From Cellulomonas sp. (GTDB lineage Bacteria > Actinomycetota > Actinomycetes > Actinomycetales > Cellulomonadaceae): a DNA stretch of 64,000 nt. Within the stretch, counting starts at the first letter, position 1, and each line of letters begins with the position of its first letter. The position numbers and the translations under genes are program-made. Under the pieces are notes generated by a model. It saw only the letters and a list, made by a program, of their open reading frames with translations, ran no database searches and was not told where the DNA came from. Below are positions 52,481 through 61,457 of this stretch, piece after piece. The DNA lies in assembly GCA_036398695.1 (NCBI GenBank), contig DASWOL010000204.1:345-64344 (forward strand), read 5' to 3'.

Positions 52481-55400
52481 TCAGCGCTCGAACCGCGCGT
52501 ACTCGGTGTGGAGCAGGTGGTGTGCCAGCTCCGAGTTCGGCTCACCGTAGAACTCGTCGTAGAGCCGGAGGATGTCGGGGTTCTCCTGCGACGTGCGCAG
52601 CGGCGACGTCTTGTCGATGTTGACCAGGACCTTCTGGCGAGCCACCATCTCGCCGGTCGCCGAGGCCACCGGGTGGCCGGCGCCGTTGATGCACCCACCG
52701 GGGCAGGCCATGATCTCGATGAGGTCGAAGCCGACGTCCTCGCCCGCGACGACCCGCTTGACCAGCGGCGCGGCGTTGTTGAGGCCGGAGATCACCGCGA
52801 CGCGGACCGTGGTGCCGCCTGCCTCGTACGTCGACGTCTTGATGCCCTCGAAGCCGCGCAGCTCCTCGAAGTCGAGCGACTTCGGCTTCTCGCCGGTGAG
52901 CGTCTCGACGGCCATGCGCATCGCGGCCTCGGCGACGCCGCCGGAGGCGCCGAACAGCATGCCGGCGCCGGAGACCTGGTGGTAAGGCTCGTCGAACTCG
53001 CCAGGCGTCACGTCCTCCGGCTCCAGCCGCAGCTGGTGGACCATCTCGAGGAACTCGGTGGTGGTGAGCACGGCGTCGACGTCGCGGACGCCCTCGGGGG
53101 CGAACTCGTCGCGGGCGGCCTCGTACTTCTTCGCGAGGCACGGCACGATCGAGACGACGTAGAGGTTGTCGAGCGCGATGCCCTCGGCCTTGGCGAAGTG
53201 GTTCTTCACCGTGGCGCCCATCATCTGCTGCGGGCTCTTGCAGCTGGACAGGTGCGGGATCAGCTCCGGGTAGCGGCGCTCGACGAGGTTGACCCAGCCG
53301 GGGCAGCACGAGGTGAACTGCGGCATGACGCCGCCGCGCTCCACCCGGCCGAGGAACTCGGTCGCCTCCTCCATGATGGTCAGGTCGGCGGCGAAGACGA
53401 AGTCGAAGACCTTGTCGAAGCCGATCTTGCGCATCATGCCGGCGATGAACGGCCCCACCTCTTGCGGCGTCAGGCCGTACTCGGCGGCGATGACGCTGCG
53501 GATGGCGGGGGCGACGAAGCCGACCACGGTCTTCGACGTGTCGTTGATCGCGGTGAACACCTGGTTGCGTTCGCGCTTGTAGTCCAGCGCGCCGCACGGG
53601 CAGGCCCGCACGCACTGGCCGCAGCTGATGCAGTCGGTCTGCGACAGCGGCAGCCCGTTGTGCGTCCCCACGCGCAGCTGGCCGTTGTGGAACTGGAACG
53701 CCAGGACGCCGACGCCCTCGACGTCCGCGCAGGCGGCCACGCAGCGGCCGCAGGAGATGCACTTGTTGTTGTCGCGGATGATGAACTGGTGGTCGCGGAC
53801 GATGGGCGAGGTGGGCCGCACGTGCAGCGGCATCTCGAACACGACGTCGTGGCGTGACGCCTCGTCGCGCAGCGCGCAGTCGTTGCGCTTGGCGCAGCCG
53901 CAGCGCAGGCAGCGGGCCGCCTCGGCACGAGCCTGCTCCTCGGTGAGGCCGGTCTCGACCTCGACGAAGCTCTTGACGCGCTTGTCGACGGCCAGGCCGT
54001 TCATCGTCGCGCGGGCGAGCTTGGGCAGGTCCTCGAACTCGGCACGCGGCAGGTCCTCGAGCGAGCCGCGGCTGCAGGTGTAGTCCTCGTGGCCCGGGCG
54101 CACGTAGCCGCGGGTGACGAACTCGTCCATGGCGCCGGCGGCCCGCCGCCCGGCGGCGACGGCCTGGATCACGGTGGCCGGGCCGGTGACGCAGTCGCCG
54201 CCGGCGAAGATCTTGGACTCGGACGACTTCATGGTGCGGCCGTCGACGTCGATGTCGCCCCACTTGTTGAGCCGCACCGGCACGTCGTTGTAGAGGAAGC
54301 CGGTGTCGGTGCTCTGGCCGATCGCGCCGATGATGGTGTCCGCGGCGATGACGAAGTCGCTGCCCTCGACGGGAACCGGGCGGCGGCGGCCGGAGCGGTC
54401 GGGCTCGCCCAGCTCCATGCGCAGGCAGTGCAGCTGCTTGGAGCCGTCCGGGCCCACGGTGATCTTGTTCGGCGCGGTGAGGTACATCATCTCGACGCCC
54501 TCGAGCTCCGCCTCCTCGATCTCGTACGGCTCAGCCGGCATCTCCTCGCGGCTGCGGCGGTAGACGAGCGTGACGTGCTCGGCGCCGTTGCGCAGCGCGG
54601 TGCGCGTGCAGTCGATCGCGGTGTTGCCGCCGCCGACGACGACCGTGCGGCCGAGCGGGATGGTGTCGCCCTTGATGACCCGCTCGAGGTACTGGATGCC
54701 CATCCACACGCCGTCGAGGTTGTCGCCGTCGATGCGCAGCGGGGTGGCCCGCCACGAGCCGATCGCCAGGTACACGGCGTCGAAGTCGCGCTGCAGGTCC
54801 TCGAGGCTGAGGTTGGTGCCGAGAGCCTTGCCGGTGATGATCTGCACGCCCATCGACTGGATGACGCCGATCTCCTTGTCGAGCGTCGCCTTCGGGAGGC
54901 GGTACTCGGGGATGCCGTAGCGCATCATGCCGCCGGCGTGCGGCTGCTTCTCGAACACGGTGACCGCGTGGCCCACGATCGCCGCGTAGTACGCGGCGGC
55001 CAGGCCGGAGGGGCCGGCGCCGATGACGGCGATCGTCTTGCCGGTGGGTGCGGCGACGCGCGGGATCCACGGCGTCTCGCGTGACATGTCCCAGTCCGCC
55101 GCGAACCGCTTGACGTAGTTGATGGCGACGGGCTCGTCGACGAGGTTGCGGCGGCAGGCCGCCTCGCAGGGGTGCGGGCAGACGCGGCCGCAGACCGACG
55201 GGAACGGGTTGCGGTCCTTGATGACCCGGACGGCGGCCTCGTAGTTGCCGTCCGAGACGAGCCGCAGGTAGGTCTGGATGTCGACGTTCGCCGGACACGT
55301 CTCCACGCACGGCGCGACGCAGTCGGCGTTGTGGTCGCACAGCAGCTGCTCGAGGCGCACCTTGCGGTAGGCGTCCAGGCGCTCGTTGTGCGTGGTGATC

Positions 55401-55642
55401 TTCATGCCGGCGCGGATGGGCGTCAGGCACGCCTTCACGTCGCGCGGGGTGTCCCCGCCGACCTCGACCACGCACAGGCCGCAGCTGGCGTTGGAGCGCT
55501 CGAGCCGCGGGTCGTGGCACAGCGAGGGGATCTCGATCCCCTCCTGCGTCACCGCCTGGAGGATGGTCAGGCCTTCCACCGCCTGGATCTCACGGTTGTT
55601 CACCGTGACGGTGACGGTGTCGACTTCGGCCTGCGCGGTCAC
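52481..55642 (-). CDS. hydA: Multidomain [FeFe]-hydrogenase with an internal GltD/NfnB-like FAD/NAD(P) module (group A2-like)
   Basis: N-terminal 2Fe-2S (IPSLC, CGLC, C), GltD motifs (GRVCP, GAGPSG, YGIPEYRLP, GGGNTAID, YRR), 2x CxxCxxCxxxC, H-cluster motifs FTSCCPGW, VPCLAKKYE, EIMACPGGCINGAG, small-subunit tail 'SQENP...HHLLHT'; GGAGG RBS before GTG. Confidence 0.92.
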   Translation of the reverse strand: MTAQAEVDTVTVTVNNREIQAVEGLTILQAVTQEGIEIPSLCHDPRLERSNASCGLCVVEVGGDTPRDVKACLTPIRAGMKITTHNERLDAYRKVRLEQLLCDHNADCVAPCVETCPANVDIQTYLRLVSDGNYEAAVRVIKDRNPFPSVCGRVCPHPCEAACRRNLVDEPVAINYVKRFAADWDMSRETPWIPRVAAPTGKTIAVIGAGPSGLAAAYYAAIVGHAVTVFEKQPHAGGMMRYGIPEYRLPKATLDKEIGVIQSMGVQIITGKALGTNLSLEDLQRDFDAVYLAIGSWRATPLRIDGDNLDGVWMGIQYLERVIKGDTIPLGRTVVVGGGNTAIDCTRTALRNGAEHVTLVYRRSREEMPAEPYEIEEAELEGVEMMYLTAPNKITVGPDGSKQLHCLRMELGEPDRSGRRRPVPVEGSDFVIAADTIIGAIGQSTDTGFLYNDVPVRLNKWGDIDVDGRTMKSSESKIFAGGDCVTGPATVIQAVAAGRRAAGAMDEFVTRGYVRPGHEDYTCSRGSLEDLPRAEFEDLPKLARATMNGLAVDKRVKSFVEVETGLTEEQARAEAARCLRCGCAKRNDCALRDEASRHDVVFEMPLHVRPTSPIVRDHQFIIRDNNKCISCGRCVAACADVEGVGVLAFQFHNGQLRVGTHNGLPLSQTDCISCGQCVRACPCGALDYKRERNQVFTAINDTSKTVVGFVAPAIRSVIAAEYGLTPQEVGPFIAGMMRKIGFDKVFDFVFAADLTIMEEATEFLGRVERGGVMPQFTSCCPGWVNLVERRYPELIPHLSSCKSPQQMMGATVKNHFAKAEGIALDNLYVVSIVPCLAKKYEAARDEFAPEGVRDVDAVLTTTEFLEMVHQLRLEPEDVTPGEFDEPYHQVSGAGMLFGASGGVAEAAMRMAVETLTGEKPKSLDFEELRGFEGIKTSTYEAGGTTVRVAVISGLNNAAPLVKRVVAGEDVGFDLIEIMACPGGCINGAGHPVASATGEMVARQKVLVNIDKTSPLRTSQENPDILRLYDEFYGEPNSELAHHLLHTEYARFER

Positions 55643-55743
55643 GTCCAAGACCTCCATCGTGAGAGCGATGGGGTCGCTGGCGAGGTCCCCGGTGCTCTCG
55701 TCTATGGCCGCACGGTGTCGGTGCCGCCTCCTGGCGACAACGC

Positions 55744-55761
55744 TAGGGAAATTCATCACAA
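55744..55761. promoter_or_regulatory. Rex-like operator upstream of the hydrogenase
   Basis: TTGTGATGAATTTCCCTA (minus strand), 11/14 match to TTGTGAA-N4-TTCACAA in an AT-rich patch. Confidence 0.55.
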
Positions 55762-55853
55762 GGAACAGTGGACTTCCGACCCAGACACATCCGCTGATTT
55801 GAGGGAGCCCGCCGCGGCGGACGGGCCGGCGCGGGACGCTAGTCTTGGTCTTC

Positions 55854-55943
55854 GACCCCTCGTACGGCGTCATCCCGCTGAACCCCCCCAGGGCCGGAAG
55901 GCAGCAAGGGCAGGTGGGCTCTGACGGGTGTGCGGGGGGTCCT
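55854..55943 (+). ncRNA. ffs: Signal recognition particle small RNA (4.5S)
   Basis: GACCCC...GGGGTC closing stem, CAGGGCCGGAAGGCAGCA domain-IV motif, upstream of dnaX. Confidence 0.9.
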
Positions 55944-55969
55944 TGCGTGCCCGGGACTCTCGTCCCTTC

Positions 55970-55985
55970 TAGAGCGATCGCTCTA
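55970..55985. promoter_or_regulatory. Perfect palindrome, probable TetR operator
   Basis: TAGAGCGATCGCTCTA 16 bp upstream of the tetR start. Confidence 0.75.
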
Positions 55986-56001
55986 ATCGGATGCTGGAGC
56001 C

Positions 56002-56595
56002 ATGACCGACCGTGGCGCCGCGACCCGAGAGCGCATCCTCACCGCAGCCGCAGCGCTGTTCACCGAGCACGGCGTGAGGGCCGTCTCGACGAACCGCGTC
56101 GCGGCCGCGGCCGGGGTCAGCCCCGGCAACCTCTACTACTGGTACGCCGACCGCGAGTCGATCGTCCGCGCGCTCTACGACCGCTTCCTTGCCGAGCACG
56201 ACGAGCTGTGGGCCTCCCTCGACGGCAGCGCGGCCGGGCTGGAGCGGCTGCGGCTCGCGCTCGCGGCCTCCGCCGGGATCAGCGCGCGGTACCGCTGGCT
56301 GGTCCGCGACCTCGTCGGGCTGGTGCACGCCGACCCCGAGCTGGAGCGGACCTACCGCCGCGTGCGGACCGCCCGGCTGGAGGCGTTCGGTGCGGTGGCC
56401 CGGGCGTGGCGCGCGGCCGGCCTGGTGCGGGACGTGGACGACGAACGGCTGGCCGACGTCGTCGAGGCGCTCTGGGTGATCGCCGAGACGTGGTGGCCCT
56501 TCGCCGAGCTCGACGAACCGGAGCCGGACCCGCAGGTGGGCGCCCGGCTGGCGCGCGCGGTGCTCGAGCCGTACCTGACGGGTGGTGCGCGATGA
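56002..56595 (+). CDS. TetR/AcrR family regulator
   Basis: 'TRERILTAA..LF...G....STNRVA..AGVSPGNLYYWY'. Confidence 0.93.
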   Translation: MTDRGAATRERILTAAAALFTEHGVRAVSTNRVAAAAGVSPGNLYYWYADRESIVRALYDRFLAEHDELWASLDGSAAGLERLRLALAASAGISARYRWLVRDLVGLVHADPELERTYRRVRTARLEAFGAVARAWRAAGLVRDVDDERLADVVEALWVIAETWWPFAELDEPEPDPQVGARLARAVLEPYLTGGAR

Positions 56596-57758
56596 CCGCG
56601 GGTCCGGTCCGGGGCCCCTCCCGGCGTGCAGTGCTGCGCTGGTTCGGCATCGGCGCCGGTGCGGTCGTCGTCGGAGGAGTGGCGGCGCGCGCCGGCTACC
56701 AGGGGCTGTTCGCGCCCCGGACCGGCCCGGCGTACGCGGCGTGGCACGAGTCGACATCGGGCGCCGACGGGCTGGTCGCGGCGGCGGTGCTCGCCGCCAG
56801 CGCGCACAACATGCAGAACTGGACGTTCCACCTGGGCGACGGAGCGCTCGAGGTGTCCGACGACACGACGCGCGCGCTGGGTGTCGTCGACGCGCACCGC
56901 CGCGAGGCGCACCTCGGGATCGGCTGCGCCGTGGCGAACGTCGAGGTGTCGGCGCCGGCGCTCGGGTTCGCCACGCGGCTCGTCGTGCGGCCGGACGCCC
57001 AGCGGCCCGAGCTGCTGGCCCGGTTGAGCCTGACGCGGCGCGACCCCGTGCCCCCCGACGCGCTGGGCGCGGCGATCCTCGACCGGCACTCCGACCGTGG
57101 TCCGTACCCCGGCGAGGAGCCGACGGCCGGCCTGCTCGACGACGTGCGGACCACGGCGCTGGCCGGAGCCGAGGGCGTCGACCTCGTCTGGGTGACGGCG
57201 GCCGACCAGCGCGCCCGGCTCGGCACGCTGCTCGTCGATGCCGCGCAGGCGCTGGTCGACGACGAGCAGATGTCCGTCGACAACGCCGAGCTGGTCCAGT
57301 ACGACCACGGACGGGTGGAGCGTGAGAAGGACGGCCTCACCATGGACGCGCAGGGCATGTCGCCGCTGCTGACCCTCCTGGCGCAGCTCGCACCGGCGAC
57401 GCCGCGTGGCACGGCCGACGCGTCATGGGTGAAGGCGACGCGCGACGTGCACACCGCGACCGCGCGGGCCTACGGGCTGCTCGTCGGCCGCCGGGACGAC
57501 GTGGCGACCCGGGTGCACGCCGGGCGCGCCGTGGAGCGGCTGCACCTGGCGCTCGTCGCCCGAGGCTGGGCGATGCAGCACATGAACCAGGCGGTGGAGA
57601 TGGCCGAGCGGGACGTGCTCACGGGCACGCCGGACCGCTTCGACGCACCGCTCGCCGACCTGGCCGGGGGCCAGGTGGTCACCCTGGTGCGTCTCGGCCG
57701 TCCGAGCGGCCGGGCGGTGGCCAGCCCGCGGCGGCCGGTGCCGGAGGTGCTGGGCTGA
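56592..57758 (+). CDS. Acg-family nitroreductase-fold FMN protein with Tat-like signal
   Basis: 'SRRAVL' + hydrophobic stretch; 'LAASAHNMQNW', 'RHSDRGPY', 'SPRRP'. Confidence 0.82.
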   Translation: MTAGPVRGPSRRAVLRWFGIGAGAVVVGGVAARAGYQGLFAPRTGPAYAAWHESTSGADGLVAAAVLAASAHNMQNWTFHLGDGALEVSDDTTRALGVVDAHRREAHLGIGCAVANVEVSAPALGFATRLVVRPDAQRPELLARLSLTRRDPVPPDALGAAILDRHSDRGPYPGEEPTAGLLDDVRTTALAGAEGVDLVWVTAADQRARLGTLLVDAAQALVDDEQMSVDNAELVQYDHGRVEREKDGLTMDAQGMSPLLTLLAQLAPATPRGTADASWVKATRDVHTATARAYGLLVGRRDDVATRVHAGRAVERLHLALVARGWAMQHMNQAVEMAERDVLTGTPDRFDAPLADLAGGQVVTLVRLGRPSGRAVASPRRPVPEVLG

Positions 57759-57855
57759 GCCGCGCGGCCGTGCCCTCCCGCCTCCGGTCGCCGGGCCGTC
57801 CGGAGCGCCTCGGCCCGCCCTGACGCGTGTCGTCGGTGGCACGTAGGGTTCCACC

Positions 57856-60096
57856 GTGACGACAGCGCTGTACCGCCGGTACCGGCCGCAGACCTTCGCC
57901 GAGGTCATCGGGCAGGACCACGTCACCGCCCCCCTGCGGGCGGCGCTGCGCAGCGGCCAGGTCAACCACGCCTACCTGTTCTCCGGCCCGCGCGGCTGCG
58001 GCAAGACCAGCTCGGCGCGCATCCTCGCCCGGATCCTCAACTGCGAGCAGAACACCCCGGAGCACCCCACGGACACCCCGTGCGGGGTGTGCGCGTCGTG
58101 CGTCGAGCTCGCCACCGGCGGGCCCGGCTCGCTCGACGTGGTCGAGATCGACGCCGCGAGCCACGGCGGGGTCGACGACGCGCGTGAGCTGCGGGAGCGG
58201 GCGACGTTCGCCCCGGCGCGGGACCGCTACAAGGTGTTCATCATCGACGAGGCCCACATGGTCTCGAACCAGGGCTTCAACGCCCTGCTGAAGATCGTCG
58301 AGGAGCCACCGCCGCACGTGCGGTTCGTCTTCGCGACCACCGAGCCGGACAAGGTCCTGGCGACCATCCGGTCCCGGACGCACCACTACCCGTTCCGGCT
58401 GGTCCCGCCCGACGTGCTGGTTCCGTTCCTGCAGCACGTGTGCGAGCAGGAGGGCGTGCCGGTCGGCTCCGGCGTCCTGCCGCTCGTCGTGCGCGCCGGG
58501 GCGGGATCGGTACGCGACTCGCTGTCGGTGCTCGACCAGCTGATCGCCGGCTCGGGCGGCCACGGGCTGGAGTACGAGGGCGCCGTCGCCCTGCTCGGCT
58601 ACACGCCGGCCGCGCTGCTCGACGACCTGGTGGACGCGGTCGCCGCACGCGACGGAGCCACCGCGTTCTCCGTCGTCGAGCGCGTGATCGCCACGGGCCA
58701 CGACCCGCGGCGGTTCGTCGAGGACCTGCTCGAACGGCTGCGTGACCTCATCGTCATCGCGGCCTCCGGCCCCGCGGCGGAGGCGGCTCTCGGTGCGCTG
58801 CCCGCGGACCAGCTCGAGCGCATGGCGGCGCAGGCCACCCACCTCGGGCGTTCGGAGCTGTCGCGCTCGGCGGACCTCGCGAACACCGCGCTGACCGAGA
58901 TGGTCGGGGCGACCTCCCCGCGGCTCCACCTCGAGCTGCTGATGGCCCGCCTGCTGCTGCCCGCGGCCGACGACGGCACGGCCGGCTACGGCGCGCGCCT
59001 GGACCGCCTGGAGCGCGGCTGGCCGGCCGGCGCATCCGTCGCGAGCACCGTTCCCCCGTCCGTGGCGGCCGCGACGGACGTACCCGCAGCACCCACGTCA
59101 TCCCTGGCCCCGCTGGCCGCCGCATCCATCGCCGAGGTTCCCGTGGCTGCCGCTCCGATCACCGCCTCCGTGGCGGTGGTCGAGGCGCCGGCCGACGAGG
59201 CGCCCGTTCCGCCCGCCGACGAGCCCGCGGAGCCCGAGCGCGCGAGAACCCGACCCGCTGAGCGCGCCCAGGCGGAGCCCGAGCCGGCGGAGACCGAGCA
59301 GCCGGGCGCTGCGGCGGCTGCCCAGACGCCGCACGGTCCGGGCGCGCAGGACACGGAGATGCTGCGACGCCGGTGGCCCGAGGTCCTGGAGAACGTCAAG
59401 GGGCTGCGCCGGGCGAGCTGGATCCTGGTGGGGCAGAACGCGCAGGTGCACGACCTCGACTCGTCCGTGCTGCGACTGTCGTTCCCCACGCCGGGCCTCG
59501 TGGACCGGTTCCGCGACCACGCGGAGGTCATCGCGCGGGCCGTGCGGGAGACGCTCGGGTTCGACGTCCGTGTCCAGGCGGTGCTTGCCGGAGCGCCGGC
59601 CTCAGGGGGTGGCACGCCGACCGAGGCGACCGCGGCGACGGTGCCGGCCGGCTCGTCGGGGGGCTCGTGGTCCGCTGCGACCGGGCCGCACGGCATCCCG
59701 TCGGCGGCGCAGGCGGCGGCGTCCTGGGACGTGCCGGCGGGCGCATCGTCCGCCGCGGCCGTCTCCCGAGTGTCCCCGGTGTCTCGAGCGCCCGCGATGC
59801 CCCAGGTGCCCGCGATGTCGTTGGCGCCGTCGGCGCCGAACGCCGTGGCACCGACGGCCCCGGAGCCGGAGCCCGAGTCCGACGACGACCCCGGCGACGT
59901 TCCGCTGGATCCCCCCGACGACGACCTGCCCGACGAGCCGCCGCCCGACGACGTGGCGACCACCGCCTCCACGGAGGACGACCCGTCGCCGGACGACCCG
60001 CTGATCGAGGGGTCGAACCTCGTCGGGCCGCCGCTCGTCGCGCGCCTGCTCGGCGGCACCGTGATCGACGAGCAGGTGGACGACCCGGGTCGGTGA
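57856..60096 (+). CDS. dnaX: DNA polymerase III subunits gamma/tau
   Basis: 'LYRRYRP', GPRGCGKT, 'IDEAHM', 'TIRSR'. Confidence 0.97.
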   Translation: MTTALYRRYRPQTFAEVIGQDHVTAPLRAALRSGQVNHAYLFSGPRGCGKTSSARILARILNCEQNTPEHPTDTPCGVCASCVELATGGPGSLDVVEIDAASHGGVDDARELRERATFAPARDRYKVFIIDEAHMVSNQGFNALLKIVEEPPPHVRFVFATTEPDKVLATIRSRTHHYPFRLVPPDVLVPFLQHVCEQEGVPVGSGVLPLVVRAGAGSVRDSLSVLDQLIAGSGGHGLEYEGAVALLGYTPAALLDDLVDAVAARDGATAFSVVERVIATGHDPRRFVEDLLERLRDLIVIAASGPAAEAALGALPADQLERMAAQATHLGRSELSRSADLANTALTEMVGATSPRLHLELLMARLLLPAADDGTAGYGARLDRLERGWPAGASVASTVPPSVAAATDVPAAPTSSLAPLAAASIAEVPVAAAPITASVAVVEAPADEAPVPPADEPAEPERARTRPAERAQAEPEPAETEQPGAAAAAQTPHGPGAQDTEMLRRRWPEVLENVKGLRRASWILVGQNAQVHDLDSSVLRLSFPTPGLVDRFRDHAEVIARAVRETLGFDVRVQAVLAGAPASGGGTPTEATAATVPAGSSGGSWSAATGPHGIPSAAQAAASWDVPAGASSAAAVSRVSPVSRAPAMPQVPAMSLAPSAPNAVAPTAPEPEPESDDDPGDVPLDPPDDDLPDEPPPDDVATTASTEDDPSPDDPLIEGSNLVGPPLVARLLGGTVIDEQVDDPGR

Positions 60097-60191
60097 CGGA
60101 TGACGCGGCCGCAGCCGGCCGGTCGTCGGCCGGTACGTGCTCGACCAGCGCGCCAGACGGGCACGTCAGGGGCGCCCGTTAGGCTGATCAC

Positions 60192-60791
60192 GTGTACGAA
60201 GGCGCCCTGCAGGACCTGGTGGACGAGCTCGGGCGACTGCCCGGGATCGGGCCCAAGAGCGCCCAGCGCATCGCCTTCCACATCCTGTCCTCGGACCCGG
60301 TCGACGTGCGCCGGCTGGCGGACGCGCTGACCGAGGTCAAGGTGAGGGTGCGGTTCTGCGAGATCTGCGGCAACGTCGCCGAGCAGGAGCGCTGCGTCAT
60401 CTGCCGCGACCCGCGGCGGTCGCCGGCCGCCATCTGCGTGGTCGAGGAGCCCAAGGACGTCGTGGCGATCGAGCGGACGCGCGAGTTCCGCGGCCGGTAC
60501 CACGTGCTCGGCGGGGCGATCAACCCGATCGCCGGAGTAGGCCCGGACGATCTGCGGATCACCTCCTTGATGCAGCGCCTGGCGGACGGCACGGTGACCG
60601 AGGTGATCCTCGCGACCGACCCGAACGTGGAGGGCGAGGCAACCGCGACGTACCTGGCCCGCATGCTGGTCCCGATAGGGCTGACGGTCAGCCGCCTGGC
60701 CTCCGGCCTGCCGGTGGGCGGTGACCTGGAGTACGCCGACGAGGTGACGCTCGGCCGGGCCTTCGAAGGCCGACGCCGGATCAGCGCGTGA
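60192..60791 (+). CDS. recR: Recombination mediator RecR
   Basis: '[11 protein letters not shown]', C4 zinc finger, Toprim 'EGEAT'. Confidence 0.98.
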   Translation: MYEGALQDLVDELGRLPGIGPKSAQRIAFHILSSDPVDVRRLADALTEVKVRVRFCEICGNVAEQERCVICRDPRRSPAAICVVEEPKDVVAIERTREFRGRYHVLGGAINPIAGVGPDDLRITSLMQRLADGTVTEVILATDPNVEGEATATYLARMLVPIGLTVSRLASGLPVGGDLEYADEVTLGRAFEGRRRISA

Positions 60792-60804
60792 CGAGGGGGA
60801 CGAG

Positions 60805-61368
60805 ATGAGCGAGAGCACGACCGACCTGGCGACGCTGGCACGCACCACGGCCGAGGAGGCGCGGGGCTTCCTGTCGACGGTGACCGAGGTCGCCGCCGGC
60901 ACCGCCCCCGAGGCGTCGCTGCCGTTGCTGCTGCTGGCCGTCTCCGACCTGCTGTCGGTGGGCGCGCGCCTGGGCGCCACCCAGGACGTGGTGCCCGACG
61001 AGCGGTTCGAGCCCGACGCCGGGCCGGACCCGGACGTCGAGGCGCTGCGCGCCAACCTCGCCAACGTGTTCGAGGGGATCGACGAGTACCACGCCGTCGT
61101 GGACCCCGTGCTCGGTGCGGACGTCGAGCAGTTCACCGTGTCCGGCGAGCTGGTGGCGATCGCCGGCGCGCTCGCCCAGGGCCTGCGCCACTACGAGCTG
61201 GGCGGCGTGCTCGAGGCGCTGTGGTGGTGGCAGTTCTCGTACCTGAGCGACTGGGGCGGGCGCGCCACGTCGGTGCTCGGCATCGTCCAGTCCATCCTGG
61301 CCCACCTGCGGCTCGACGTGGACGACGACGTCGCGGCCGAGGCGGAGTACGACGCGCTGCAGCCGTGA
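60805..61368 (+). CDS. DUF5063 protein
   Basis: 'EALWWWQFSYLS.WG', typical position after recR. Confidence 0.88.
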   Translation: MSESTTDLATLARTTAEEARGFLSTVTEVAAGTAPEASLPLLLLAVSDLLSVGARLGATQDVVPDERFEPDAGPDPDVEALRANLANVFEGIDEYHAVVDPVLGADVEQFTVSGELVAIAGALAQGLRHYELGGVLEALWWWQFSYLSDWGGRATSVLGIVQSILAHLRLDVDDDVAAEAEYDALQP

Positions 61369-61457
61369 GGCATGCTCGCCGAAGGTGAGCGCGGCCGGGC
61401 CGCGCCGGTTCACGGGCCCACCGGCCTGCACCCCCCCGCGCGGTCCGCGGAGCCCGG

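Noticed and set aside
57856-60191. dnaX programmed frameshift / missing ybaB
   Set aside because: No A-rich slippery site seen; absence of ybaB here is not unusual
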